Origin: Octopus vulgaris
Taxonomy: Eukaryota
Direction: 5' to 3'
Assembly: GCA_951406725.2 (NCBI GenBank)
Contig: OX597839.1
Coordinates: 6,882,001 to 6,946,000 of the forward strand
DNA: 64,000 bases
Shown here: positions 14,690 to 28,102 of the stretch, in pieces
How the letters are laid out: the number at the start of each line of letters is the position of its first letter
Numbering within the stretch: the stretch's first letter is position 1
Made by a program: the position numbers and the translations under genes
Notes under the pieces: generated by a model
Seen by the model: only the letters and a program-made list of their open reading frames with translations
Database searches by the model: none
Told to the model about the DNA's origin: nothing

Positions 14690-15046
14690 AAATACAAAAT
14701 GAGACAAGAACACAAAACATCCAAATAGACGATACAAAAAACATGGAAGGGTCATTCGATGCCTTTAATCTTCAGTCAAAAACCGGATCAACCTAGCAAT
14801 TTCGGCTCATTAATCTCGAGATTGCTCCAATCTGGCCAGCCCCAAGGAAAAACTAAGCTAAGAGCATTAGATTCCTTGAAAAATCTATACGAAACAAGGA
14901 CGGAAAAACGGACGATGTTACACGAATATAAATACAAAAATAATACAAGGAAAAACAAAAAATAATGATAATAATAATAACAGGACATAACAACAGGCGT
15001 CTTTCGACTGGAGACTAATTGAATTCAGCTGGTGTGTTGAGAATTA

Positions 15047-15263
15047 GAGTACGTGCTGAAAAGTAACTGGCTCTGGTTGAAAGAAAATACATGAGGATCA
15101 GCTAATCATAATTTTATTCGACATATTCCCTTCACAGATACACACACCTATTGCAGCGGTTCTTCAGTTTTCCTAATCTCTGTCAAAGGACTCGGAAGCT
15201 CGGGCCTCCCACCAGGCCTCTCGGGATGACCTTAAAGCCAGGAAATTTTCAGCATCCCCTCAT
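15047..15263. mobile_element. Mariner-type MITE
   Basis: GTGCTGAAAAGTAACTGGCT ... AAGCCAGGAAATTTTCAGCATCCCCTCATA inverted ends. Confidence 0.75.
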
Positions 15264-15369
15264 ATATCCGATGAAAATAATAGGAAAATTCCGAGATTTC
15301 TGCGCAACATGGAAACTGTAACATATGAATGTTTGTATGTGTAGGCACTTGGATCTTTCCCTTTCCCAT

Positions 15370-15404
15370 GTTTCTGACGAAGAGCTCTGCTCGAAACGTT
15401 AAAC
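15370..15404 (+). ncRNA. Minimal type-I hammerhead ribozyme (family HA) in a truncated element ~15350-15506
   Basis: GTTT-CTGACGA-A-GAGC-TCT-GCTC-GAAA-CGTT-AAAC. Confidence 0.82.
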
Positions 15405-15713
15405 CCTCCTTCTTCCCTTCTTTCCTGAGCGTCCAATAATACTATATTTGTTCCACGTCCTCGCGTCGTTGTGTTTTCTCTTTGTATTTTCATGTTTGGA
15501 TTAACTATATATATGTGTGTGTGTGGATGTGTGTGTGTGTGTATGTGTGTGTGTGTGTGTATTTTCGCTTTATTATTTTATTGATAACACCGTTAAAACA
15601 TTTGTTGTCGCCATTGTTGTTATAGTATGTACGGTTTTTGTGCAAGTTCAGAAATGAATATTGATTTTTCTTTTAAAGAATGCATTCACTCAGACACAGA
15701 TAAATGTCACACA

Positions 15714-15764
<51 letters not shown>

Positions 15765-16001
15765 TTAATTATATACATATATATATATATGTATATGTAT
15801 TTTCATTCATTCCAGTCTTTCACTAAAAGCTTCGAGTACCCCGATGATTCTATTAATTTAAAACACTGCTGCTTATGAAAAAGCATTACAAACTTACACT
15901 ATTTTGATTGAAAGAAAAAAAACAGGCACCCTCCACACTCACGTCCACACACACACACACGCACACACACTCAATTATGAGTGGGTAAGAAAAATATAAA
16001 C

Positions 16002-16070
16002 ATTTTTGCAAGCAAAAATGTTGCCTTGCATGCTGATGGAGATGGCGTTCAGTTCACTTCCGGTTGATTC
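16002..16070 (-). CDS. Putative internal exon (ESTGSELNAISISMQGNIFACKN)
   Basis: TATACAG| acceptor; only frame 0 is open; the donor GTTTAT is weak, so the 3' boundary is uncertain. Confidence 0.35.
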
Positions 16071-16172
16071 CTGTATAATATTATTTCTCTCCCTTCCTCT
16101 TCCTGTTCCCAAACAGACATACAAGCACAGATACACACAGACGTATATGCGCGCACACACACACATGTTTAT

Positions 16173-16208
<36 letters not shown>

Positions 16209-16333
16209 GTGTGTGAGTGTGTCTATATACATATAGATATAGGTATATAACTATATGTAAATATATATGTAAAACCATATATACACACAAATATAGATAT
16301 TTATAAGTATCTATATCTATATGTATCTATCGG

Positions 16334-16399
<66 letters not shown>

Positions 16400-16404
<5 letters not shown>

Positions 16405-16660
16405 TTGTTTCAGTCATTTGACTGCGGCCATGCTGGAGCACCGCCTTTAGTCGAGCAAATCAACCCCGGGACTTATTCTTTGTAAGCCCAGTACTTATTG
16501 TATCGTTCTCTTTTGCCGAACCGCTAAGTGATGGGGGCGTAAAAACACACCAGCATTGGTTGTCAAGTAATGCTAGGGGGACAAACACAGACACACAAAC
16601 ACACATACATATAGATATATATATACATATATACGATAGGCTTCTTCCAGTTTCCGTCAT
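16400..16660 (-). mobile_element. SINE family A, 3' half
   Basis: Homology to other family A copies. Confidence 0.9.
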
Positions 16661-16839
16661 ATATATATATATATGTAATAACTTGTCTTGTACTTTTCCA
16701 AGTTTATAATCTGAAGAATAGTATTTCTCTTGCTCGCATTTTTCCACGTAATACATTTTTTCCGGCTATGCTAATTTATGCTAATTAATAATGTGTCAAA
16801 TGTGTCAATTAGCGGTGTCGTTGATAAAGTTCTTCCTAC

Positions 16840-16880
16840 CTCATTGATACCGGTGACATATGTTGAAAGTCCCCTTAATA
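16840..16880 (-). CDS. Putative 41-nt internal exon (LLRGLSTYVTGINE)
   Basis: CTTTAG| acceptor and GAG|GTAGGA donor; phase 1 to 0 bridges the neighbouring exons. Confidence 0.4.
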
Positions 16881-16901
16881 CTAAAGCTCCATCCTAATCG
16901 A

Positions 16902-17129
16902 CCAAAAGTCACCTGACAGTATATCAAAACCATTCAACTCCAAGATTAAAACATAAACATTATTTTATATGAGACTTCGCTAATAAATAGACAAATATTG
17001 AAAAAAAAAAAAAAAACGGTGATTTTAACTCACAGCATTCAATTATTAAACATTCATAATTGGAATGAATAAATAAAACTGAATATTAAGTATTAATGGC
17101 ATTTTGATTACCTGTCAGGTGACTTTTGG
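16902..17129. mobile_element. MITE-like element with 18-bp perfect inverted ends
   Basis: CCAAAAGTCACCTGACAG ... CTGTCAGGTGACTTTTGG, extending imperfectly to ~33 bp. Confidence 0.6.
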
Positions 17130-17299
17130 CCAAACCTGTATAGACTGATAGGCCCATTTTCCTGTTTCCCACGGAGTATAAATTCCCCAGATGTGGACGG
17201 GACGGGACTCATTTTTGCCAGCTGAATGAAATGGAGTAACATGAAATGAAGTGTTTTGCTCAAGACTATAACATACTGCTGGGTCCAGGAATCGAAACT

Positions 17300-17719
17300 C
17301 TTTTTTACTCTTTACTCTTTTCCTTGTTTCAGTCATTTGACTGCGGCCATGCTGGAGCACCGCCTTTAAACGAGCAACTCGATCCCGGTACTTATTCTTT
17401 GTAAGCCCAGTACTTATTCTATCGGTCTCTTTTGCCGAACCGCTAAGTGACGGGGACGTAAACACACCAGCATCAGTTGTCAAACAATGTTAGGGGGACA
17501 AACACAGACACACAAACATACACAAACACACACGTATATATATATACATATATACGACGGGCTTCTTTCAGTTTCCCTCTACCAAATCCACTCACAAGTC
17601 TTTGGTCGGCCCGGGGCTATAGTAGAAGACACTTGCCCAAGGTGCCACGCAGTGGGACTGAACTTGGAACCATGTGGCTGGTAAACAAGCTACTTACCAC
17701 ACAGCCACTCCTGCGCCTA
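17300..17719 (-). mobile_element. Full SINE family A nested in a family D SINE (17190-17300 plus 17720-17770)
   Basis: Complete family A consensus; the flanks join into family D sequence. Confidence 0.9.
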
Positions 17720-18233
17720 CGTTACGAATCTGAGTCCAACACCCTAACCACCAAGCCACACGCCCCCACACTGTCAGTTACATATTACACAGCTATAAAA
17801 ACTCTGTCTCTTAATCTTCCCTCTTTCTATTTCTTCCTATTTTCCTTTCATGCCTTCTCTGGACGTCTGTCTTAGTATATCTCCACCGACTGGCCTTTCG
17901 TTTTCACATCCTTCATATCTCTCTCTACCTTTCTCAGGTATATGTGTGTGTGTGGGGAGGTATGTCGTGTATATATGCGTATGCGCGTCTCCCTCTTTCT
18001 CGCGCGCTCTCCTTCTATATAGAAGCATACATACATACATATATATATATATATATGTACACATCAATAAATATATATACACACACATATATAGATATAG
18101 ATATACATATATATTTATACATGTATATATATACATCCATATATATATATATATATATTTTGTACATATTTGTATGTACATATATGCAATATATATATAT
18201 ATATATATATATTATGTATGTATATATATATAT

Positions 18234-18305
<72 letters not shown>

Positions 18306-18393
18306 TACATATGTATGTATGTATGTATATTGTTCATAAGTATGCACATAATTATGCGTACAACTAAAGCCCTCAGCAGTCTTTCTTACTTAC

Positions 18394-18478
18394 AAATCTT
18401 TAATGTACAAACAGATTTTCTCTGTTCAAAGTCTTGTACAGAAAACCTCAAGTCGTGACCATCCATGAAATTTGGTAC
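18394..18478 (-). CDS. Putative 85-nt internal exon ([28 protein letters not shown]+T)
   Basis: Strong acceptor ATCTTTCTCTAG| and donor |GTAAGT; single open frame. Confidence 0.6.
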
Positions 18479-18761
18479 CTAGAGAAAGATATGACAAAGC
18501 ACCATACATCATAATCTGACGCCTGCCAAAGAATATTTGTTAAACACACTATTAATATGGTAATCGCTTCAGGGAGGCGCTTATGCTGTCGTTTGACCCG
18601 CTAGAAATGGCAGCAATGTCTTCCGCTAATATGGCGTTTAGTAAAAAAAAAAAAAAATGACGTGTATGACATCTAGCTAGAAGAAAGGAGTGATGGCTAC
18701 AATTGGAATGTCTTTTGAACACAAACGTATTTGTGGTATATTTATAATATTTGTAATATAT

Positions 18762-19162
18762 ACTCTTCTACTCTTTTAGTTGTTTCAGTCATTTGACTGC
18801 GGCCATGCTGGAGGACCGCCTTTTAGTCGAGCAAATCGACCCCGGGACTTATTCTTTGTAAGCTCAGTACTTATTCTATCGGTCTATTTTGCCGAACCGC
18901 TAAGTAACGGGGACGTAAACACACCAGCATCGGTTGTCAAGCAATGCTAGGGGGACAAACACAGACAGACAAACACACACATACATATATATATATACGA
19001 CAGGCTTCTTTCAGTTTCCGTCTACCAAATCCACTTACAAGACATCGGTCGGCTCGGGGCTATAGCAGAAGACACTTGCTCAAGATGCCACACAGTGGGA
19101 CTGAACCCGGAACCATGTGGTTGGTTAGCAAGCTACTTACCACACAGCCACACCTGCGCCTA
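18762..19162 (-). mobile_element. SINE family A, full length
   Basis: Homology. Confidence 0.92.
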
Positions 19163-19175
19163 TACACCTGCGCCC

Positions 19176-19252
<77 letters not shown>

Positions 19253-19578
19253 GGTCGATAGATACATATAAATATAGATACTTATAAATATCTATATTTG
19301 TGTGTATATATGGTTATACATAAATTATTAGAACTCTCTTTATGTATAAATTTGTATTTTCTCCGTAGTTTTTTGTGCTAAGCCACTTGGTGTTAAATTA
19401 ATGGTATTATTAAATTAATATCGATTTTTCACCCTCATTTATAATTATATATGGTTATATATATATATATGTTTGCATGTAAAAAATAATTTAATCTTCG
19501 GATTTTTTTAATATGCTAGGCCACTGGTTTTAATTGATTAATATCAATATCAACACTTATTCAATTTTATATATATAT

Positions 19579-19645
<67 letters not shown>

Positions 19646-20110
19646 ATTTATAATATATCTTGAGGTATATTTATAATCCCTTATATCTTTTACTTGTTTC
19701 GGTCAATAGACTGTGGCCATGCTGGGGCGCCACCTTGGAGAATGTTCAGTCGATTGGATGGACACTATTACAAATTTTATTTTTAGCCTGGTACAAGTTC
19801 TATTAGTCTCCCTTGCCGCACCGCCAGGTTACTGAGCTATACTTTTGGAGAGAACAAATGTTTTATTACGTAAAGTGTACTAGTCATCTGAATGTGGCTA
19901 GCCACTGGGGGTGGGGTGTTACTGATGCTTTTAGCCCCAGGAGATCAACGTCACCAGCTGGCCTTAGACACAAAATTTCAGTACCCTTGTGTTATTTGCA
20001 AAGAGAGGTCATCCTCCCTCGAAAACATTAAATTTTTTTTATTCTTATGCAAGAATGTTGCTAAGCTATTGTCGGACTACTCTTTACTCTTTTACTCTTT
20101 TGCTCGTTTC

Positions 20111-20147
<37 letters not shown>

Positions 20148-20169
20148 CACACACACACACAAACACACG

Positions 20170-20218
<49 letters not shown>

Positions 20219-20390
20219 CGGCAGAGTTCATTGGAAACAGATGAAGTGTTTTATTAGAAACACCGGAACTCCTGATTGATGGATCCGAACTCACAGCGAT
20301 AGGATAAATTGTGGAAGGTGCAAAGAAAATTTACGAGCATCCTGTATGTTCTTTTACTTGTTTCCTTCACTAGTATATATATACATCCAC

Positions 20391-20453
<63 letters not shown>

Positions 20454-20681
20454 GAAAAGTACTATCGTGGCTCCTTCTAATAATGTTAATTTTACTTGCT
20501 ATGTATTGAGTACGTTCATTCCAATAGTAATATAAATAATACATATATATATATATATAAATAATATATATATATATATATATATTATGCATATTTGTCT
20601 ATATATATATATATATATATTTATATGCATGTATATACACCTATCTATATACTATATATATATATGCATATATATATATAT

Positions 20682-20888
20682 AGTATGTGACCTCGTCTGT
20701 ATCACTAGCGATTTTTTCCCCTGTCTTCCCTTCTCGGGATGTTTCCTTCTCCTATGTTTCCGACGAAGAGCTCCGCTCGAAACGTCAAACCCACCTTCTT
20801 CCCTTCTTTCCTGAGCGTCCAATAATACTTTATTTGTTCCACGTCCTTGCGTTGTTGTCTTTTCGTTTTTTTGTTTTCTTGTTTGGAT

Positions 20889-20893
<5 letters not shown>
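20682..20893 (+). mobile_element. Family HA ~210-bp non-coding element with hammerhead at 20756-20790, flanked by (TA)n
   Basis: GTTT-CCGACGA-A-GAGC-TCC-GCTC-GAAA-CGTC-AAAC; near-identical to the reverse complement of 57452-57670. Confidence 0.85.
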
Positions 20894-20940
<47 letters not shown>

Positions 20941-21551
20941 TGTATGTATGTTTGTATGCATGTGTGTGTGTGTGTGTGTGTGTCTGTGTGTATTATACAA
21001 TAATTTTATTTAAATGAACACCAACGCTGCTTCAGAATCGAACACCTGCCGCTTCTCAGTGGAGCCAGTAAGTCAATAGTGCTATTCCAGCGGACGACTT
21101 TGTCTCCCACCCCATCTCGGCCACACCATTTTCTACATCTTCGTTAAAAATCTCCATTAGCATATATTGATTTATCGGATGATTAATCTCTCTCTCTCTC
21201 TCTCTCTCTCTCATACACACACACACACGCACACACACATGCACACACACACACACACATCCTTTTATCATCAACTGAGTACATCTGTGGAGTCATGGGA
21301 AATTACAGGTGATGGCGGCGGTGGTGGGCTGCCTCGGAGGTGATGGCGGCGGCGGCGGCTGCCTCGGAGATGGTGGCGGCTGCCTCGGAGGCGGTGGTTG
21401 TGTGTGTGTGGGGGGGATCCAGCGATGGTGGTGGTTATGATGATAGCTCATTGCAGCGTTGGTGGTCACTCAAACTACGGTTCCACCCCTTCCATCGATC
21501 AATAGACTTGTCGGCCAACCGAGAGATTCGACGCTCTTCCATTCCACAGCA

Positions 21552-21690
<139 letters not shown>

Positions 21691-22329
21691 CACATATATT
21701 CAACAAAAAGCAAAACACAAACTTAGAAAAAAACATAAATAAAACCATCTAATATAATGGCGAATAACATTATTAAATACCTCCAACTATATCTACCTCA
21801 ATATCAACGCCGTACTTCCCTTTCAGCCGTGCCAAACACGGTCCAATGTACCATTGACTTCTCCAGCCCAGCCCAGCCACAAACCAGTGAAGCCCTGCAC
21901 CAACCCATTCCAGAGCCAATATCACTCAACTGCGATCCTTTTCCCCAACCCTTTTCGCTGCAGCAACAGCTGGCTTGTTGCTTTATTAATGTTGTGTGTT
22001 CGATCCTTAAATTAAAGAGAATTGTGGATTAATGGAATACAAGAATTTCCAAAAGAGGAACATCTTGACAACCACCGTTTGTTGAAGCATTTGCTCGTTT
22101 CTCTACATTCTTTCATTCTTTCATTCTTTCATTCCGCCACCATTCGTTTATTTATCTGAATTCGTCGTATTAATTAATTAATTAGCCTATCTCGTTACTT
22201 TCTGTAGTTAATCAACGACAGACCCAAGTTAAAATTATGGGTATTATGGTGATGGTGGTGGTGGTGGTGGTGGTGTTGATGGAAGGGAGAGGAGGTCGGA
22301 GAAATTTGTGGATAAGTTTGGTGGTGTTA

Positions 22330-22382
22330 GTGATGAGATGATGATGATGATGATGATGATGATCATCATCATCATCATCATC

Positions 22383-22413
<31 letters not shown>

Positions 22414-22504
22414 ACATCATCATAATCATCATCATCATCATCATCACCATCATCATCACCATCATCATCATCATCATCACCATCATCATCACCATCATCA
22501 TCAC

Positions 22505-22550
<46 letters not shown>
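22330..22550. repeat. (GAT)n/(CAT)n microsatellite
   Basis: Direct reading. Confidence 0.95.
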
Positions 22551-22551
<1 letters not shown>

Positions 22552-22679
22552 CGGCGGCGTTGCAGAGAATAGAATTTCAGCTTTTTATCAAGTCCCATCA
22601 TGCCATTTATTTTGTCAGTGATTGATCATTGTGGCCCTTCGATCCTCATTATGTTTTTTTTTTGTATTTTTTATTTTGT

Positions 22680-23895
22680 AGGGGGATCACAATGGGCAGC
22701 AGTATTCGAAGTTGGGGGCCTAGCGAATGTGGAGAAGAGGAGGATGATGGTTTCATGATCCCTAGATTTAAAATTTCTGAGGATCCATGAGCACATTCTG
22801 CTGGTAACATCGACTTTTTTGTTGATGTGCACTTTCCAGCTAAGGTTGCTGTCGACAGTTACACCTAAGTCTCTGATATTTTCCGACGGTTCAAGTGGGT
22901 CTCGCCGGGCGAAATGCTTAGCGGTATTTCGTCTGCCGTTACGTTGTGAGTTCAAATTCCGCCGAGGTCGACTTTGCCTTTCATCCTTTCGGGGTCGATA
23001 AATTAAGTACCAGTTACGCACTGGGGTCGATATAATCGACTGAATCCGTTTGTCTGTCCTTGTTTGTCTCCTCTGTGTTTAGCCCCTTCTGGGTAGTAAG
23101 GAAATCGGTATTCCGTCTGCCGTTACGTTGTGAGTTCAAATTCCGCCGAGGTCGACTTTGCCTTTCATCCTTTCGGGGTCGATAAATTAAGTACCAGTTA
23201 CGCTCTGGGGTCGATATAATCGACTGAATCCGTCTGTCTGTCCTTGTTTGTCTCCTCTGTGTTTAGTCCCTTGTGGGTAGTAAAGAAATCGGTATTTCGT
23301 CTGCCGTTACGTTGTGAGTTCAAATTCCGCCGAGGTCGACTTTGCCTTTCATCCTTTCGGGGTCGATAAATTAAGTACCAGTTACGCTCTGGGGTCGATA
23401 TAATCGACTTAATCCGTCTGTCTGTCCTTGTTTGTCCCCTCTGTGTTTAGCCCCTTGTGGGTAATAAAGAAATAGGTATTTCGTCTGCCGCTACGTTCTG
23501 AGTTCAAATTCCGCCGAGGTCGACTTTGCCTTTCATTCTTTCGGGGTCGATAAATTAAGTACCAGTTATTCATTGGGGTCGATGTAATCGACTTAATACC
23601 TATGTCTGTCCTTGTTTGTCCCCTCTGTGTTTAGCCCCTTGTGGGTAACAAAGAAATAGGTAATGTATACGGTTGTTTGAGTGTGCCTTCTTTTCGAAAG
23701 TTGATGAGCTCCAATGTTTCTTCGTTCAACTGCATATTGTTGTTTTTTGTGCCCACTGGGTTACTGCGTATCGGTCCGATTGAAGCATCGTTCGATCCCA
23801 TACTACCTTAATGATTTACTAAAGCTTTGATTCATCTGCAAATGCTTTAACGTTGCTATGTTCAATGGAATCTGCAATGTCATTGATATAGACAA
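22680..23895 (-). mobile_element. CR1/L2-group LINE reverse transcriptase fragment split by a SINE array
   Basis: DIADSIEHSNVKAFADESKL...LQSDRYAVTQWA..NMQLNEE (23660-23890) continues as LEPSENIRDLGVTVDSNLSWKVHINKKV...ILRNFKSRD...LFSTFARP (22680-22897). Confidence 0.85.
22903..23661 (+). mobile_element. Tandem array of four SINE family B units (184-bp period)
   Basis: GGTATT(T/C)CGTCTGCCG restarts at 22923, 23107, 23291 and 23475. Confidence 0.95.
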
Positions 23896-23909
23896 TAAAA
23901 AGAAGTTAG

Positions 23910-24634
23910 TAGTGGTGGTGTTATTAGCGGTGGTGGTGGTGGTGGTGGTGGTGGTTGTAGTGGTGGTGGTGGTGGTGGTGGTGGTGGTGGTGGTGGTGGT
24001 TAGTAACATTAGTAGCAGTAGTGAGTGTGTTGGTGACAGTGATTGTAGTAGAAACAGTTCAGATAGTTGTGGCGGTGGTGGTGGTGCAATAGTAGTGGTG
24101 GTAGTGGCGGTGGTGGTGTAGTGGTGGTTGTGTTGGTGATAGTGATGATGGTAACAGCAGGGATGGTAGTGGTGGTAGTGATGGTGGTGGTGTAGTGGTG
24201 GTGGTTGTGTTGGTGATAGTGATGATGGTAACAGCAGTGGTGGTAGTGATGGTGGTGGTGTAGTCGTGGTTGTGTTGGCGATAGTGATGATGGCAACAGC
24301 AGTGGTAGTAGTGAAAGTAGTGGTGGTGACGTAGTTGCAGTAGCGGTATTAGTTGTGCAGTGGTTGGTGGTAGCCGTAGTTGTAACATGTGTCAAAATTG
24401 CTGTGGTCGGTGTAGAGACGTAGTATAGGAGTCAGTGCTAATGGTAGTGGCTCGCATGTAGAGGAGGTAGTATCGTTGTACAGACATGCCATAGACATGT
24501 TCAGAAGGGTGGAATGGAGGAGAATCCCGAATATTTATTGAACGCTGGTTTAATTAAAACCTAAACTAATTTCAGCAAAATCCGTCTGTCTGTGCGTCTA
24601 CCTCTTATTTCACCACCCTCCCCCTCCTCTTCCT

Positions 24635-24666
<32 letters not shown>

Positions 24667-25981
24667 TTCTTCTTCTCCTCCTCCTCCTTGTTGTTGTTGT
24701 TCTTCTTCTTTTTCTTCTTCTTCTTCTTCTTCTTCTTCTTCTTCTTCTCCCCCTCCTTATTGTTGTTGTTGTTGTTCTTCTTCTTCTTCTTCTTTTTCTT
24801 TTTCTTCTTCTTCTCCTCCTCCTTGTTGTTGTTGTTGTTGTTGTTGTTGTTCTTCTTCTTCTTCTTCTTCTTCTTCTTCTTCCAATTCTTCTTCCAATTC
24901 TTCTTCTTCTGCTTCTTCTTCCAATTCTTCTTCTTCTTCTTCCTCTCCTCCTCCTCCTTGTTGTTGTTGTTGTTGTTCTTCTTCTTCTTCTTCTTCTTCT
25001 TCTTCTTCTTCTTCCTCTCCTCCTCCTCCTTGTTGTTGTTGTTCTTCTTCTTCTTCATCATCATCTTCTTCTTCTTCTTCTTCTTCTTCTTCTTCATCTT
25101 CTTCTTCTTCTTCTTCTTCTTCTTCTTCTTCTTCTTCTTCTTCTTCTCCTCCTCCTCCTTCTGCTACCAGCTGCTTTATCTCCTCCTACCCTTCTGCTTC
25201 TTCTTCGTCCGTGTCGTTCTAAAGCCATCCCGGTCAAGAGATCCGAACAAGATATCGTTGTAAGGTGATGTAATGGTGTCGAGCCTTGAGGCTGGGTGTT
25301 TTTGGAACGGAAGGTGTTAAGCGATTCTGAGAGATACATCGTGTCCTGTCCACCCCACAACTATGCTGGTGTGAAGAGATTGTAGCTTATGATGACGATG
25401 ACGACGACGATGATGAAAATGATGATGATCATGATGATGGTGATGGTGGCGATGATGATGAAGAAGAAAAGAAAAAACAAGAAACAGATGTAGATGATGG
25501 TGGTGATGGTGATGATGATGACGATGATGGCAAAAGAAGAAGAAATAAGAAAAGAAGTTGATGATGATGATAATGATGGTGTGGTACTGATGTTGATGAT
25601 GATGAAGATGATGACAATGGCAACGATGATGACGATGATGATGCTGATGGCGATAATGATGGTGATGACGACGACGACGACGATGAAAATGATGATGATC
25701 ATGATAATGATGGTGGTGATGGGGACAATGATGATGAAGAAGAAATGAAAAACAAGAAACAGATGTTGATGATGGTGAATATGATCGTGCTGATGATGAC
25801 GATGATGGCAAAAGAAAAGGAAATAAGAAGTTGATGATGATGATAATGATGGGGTGGTGGTACTGGTGGTGGTGGTGGTTCTGATGTTGATGATGATGAA
25901 GATGATGATAATGGCAGCGATGACGACGATGATGATGCTGATGGCGATAATGATGACGACGACGACGACGACGACGACGAC

Positions 25982-26028
<47 letters not shown>

Positions 26029-26165
26029 CGATGATGACAAAGAAGAACAAGAAAATGAAAGAGAAAAAGAAAGAAAGAAAAGACAAAAACAAGATGACGA
26101 TAATTATTATGCTGATGATGGCTATAATGAAAATGATGATGGAGCGGAGGAAAGAGAAAGAGGAA
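23910..26165. repeat. Successive (GGT/AGT), (TTC) and (GAT) low-complexity tracts with higher-order duplications
   Basis: Direct reading; short unique islands at ~24390-24600 and ~25200-25385. Confidence 0.85.
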
Positions 26166-26686
26166 TAAAAATGCATATCAATATTTAAGTGATGATAGCG
26201 CCGAGCATTATGAAACGAACATTTCGTAGGTATAATTTTTCGAAACGAGATGCAAGCGATATCTGTATATATATAAACGGCAAAATGTCTGTGTGTGTGT
26301 GTGTGTGCGCGCGCGCGCGTGTCCTTTGTACAAATCCACAATTTTTCAGTTAGAGGGCTCGCACTTTCTATGGTCATTCAAAACCGTCCAAGGGTGGTCG
26401 TGCACGTATTTACATTACCGCAGTCACCACGCAAAACCATTAAAAGAATCAATAGAAGTGACATTTTTGTGAATTTTCTATCCAAAACTCAATCAAAATT
26501 CCCGAAACTTGATACGCCAATCGAAAGATTGCTACTGTATGTGATTGATCGGAAACTTGGACAGTACTCGTGTGTATGTGCGTACGCAGCTGTATATGCA
26601 TGCACTATCACTATGACCCGGCGTTGTAAAATAGTAAAATAGTATACAAACACACACACACACACACAGGCACTAAGAAACATACG

Positions 26687-26726
<40 letters not shown>

Positions 26727-26926
26727 CATGCAACAGGTTTCTTTCAGTTTTCGTCTGCCAATTCCACGCACAAGGGTTTGATCGGCACAAAGCTATACTG
26801 GAAGACAAAGATACTTGCCCAAAATGTCCCACAGTGGGACTGAACACGGAACCACGTTATAGGGAAGCAAGGTTCTCACCACACAATCAATCATGTGCCT
26901 ATACAATTCATATTTGGTCTGTATAT

Positions 26927-27209
26927 CACCGTGATCACAGTGACCGACCAGGCTATCAAATGTTGCTACACATCGCTGATCACAATGCGCTTCGCATTGT
27001 TTTAGCCTTCAAATGACGCCACCCCGCTGAGTGAGAGAAAGTTGTGGCGAAAGAGTACAGCAGGGATCGTTACCACCCCCCGCCGGAGCCTCGTGGAGCT
27101 TTAGGTGTTTTCGCTCAATAAACACTCACAGCGCCTGGTCTGGGAATCGAAACCGCGATCCTACGACCGCGTGTCCTCTGCCCTAACCACTGGGCCTTTG
27201 CGCCTCCAC
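26927..27209 (-). mobile_element. tRNA-derived SINE family C with 15-bp TSD
   Basis: TSD ATTTGGTCTGTATAT at 26912-26926 and 27210-27224; A/B boxes on the minus strand. Confidence 0.92.
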
Positions 27210-27713
27210 ATTTGGTCTGTATATATACATGTTGATATTAGTTTGTTTCCATTTATATGAATGTGAGGGGTGGGTTAGTGAATGCGAGTATATGTGTTGG
27301 TCTACATCGTTCAGTTACCGGACAATCAACGATCCACTTTAACAAATTGCAGACTTCTCACATTCTTGGAGATTAGAATAAGAAAGAGCGACAGAATAAA
27401 TAAGCAAAAATACAGAAATAAAATGTAAAAGACGCACCCACACACACACACACACATACGTGCATTGACGCATAGAGACTATGAAACAAAACCACACACA
27501 CCTTAGTCCTGAGCCAAGTTGATCCGAGTGGAATCAATGCTAACGTATCTGTGACTAACTCTTTCGATGTTTAGCAATTCAAGGAATTAATTAAAGAAAA
27601 AAAAAGAACGCTTGCTATAAATACATGCAATGTGTGTGTGTGTGCTTGTGTGTGTCTGTGTGTGTGTGTATGCCTGTATGCGCGTGTGTGTGTATGCCTA
27701 TGTGTGTTGCCTT

Positions 27714-27751
<38 letters not shown>

Positions 27752-27763
27752 GACATATACATA

Positions 27764-27856
<93 letters not shown>

Positions 27857-28053
27857 GTGTGTGTATACATATACATAAACATATATATATACACACATAC
27901 ATCTATATATTCATACATACATACAACATATATACATGCTTATATACTTCCTAATGTGTGTAAATATGTATGTATATATGTATATATAAATATACATACA
28001 TATATATATATTCATACATACATACATATATCTATGTACACATGTATGTATGC

Positions 28054-28102
<49 letters not shown>

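Noticed and set aside
14700-15010. Penelope-like non-coding segment containing CTGAAGA and GAAA words
   Set aside because: The order and pairing of the motifs do not form a hammerhead.
20295-20341. Possible upstream minus-strand exon (ACAG|...|GTGAGT)
   Set aside because: Its open frames do not give the phase 0 needed by exon 18478, and I found no bridging exon.
21757-22032. 91-aa non-repetitive ORF
   Set aside because: No recognisable domain or convincing splice signals.
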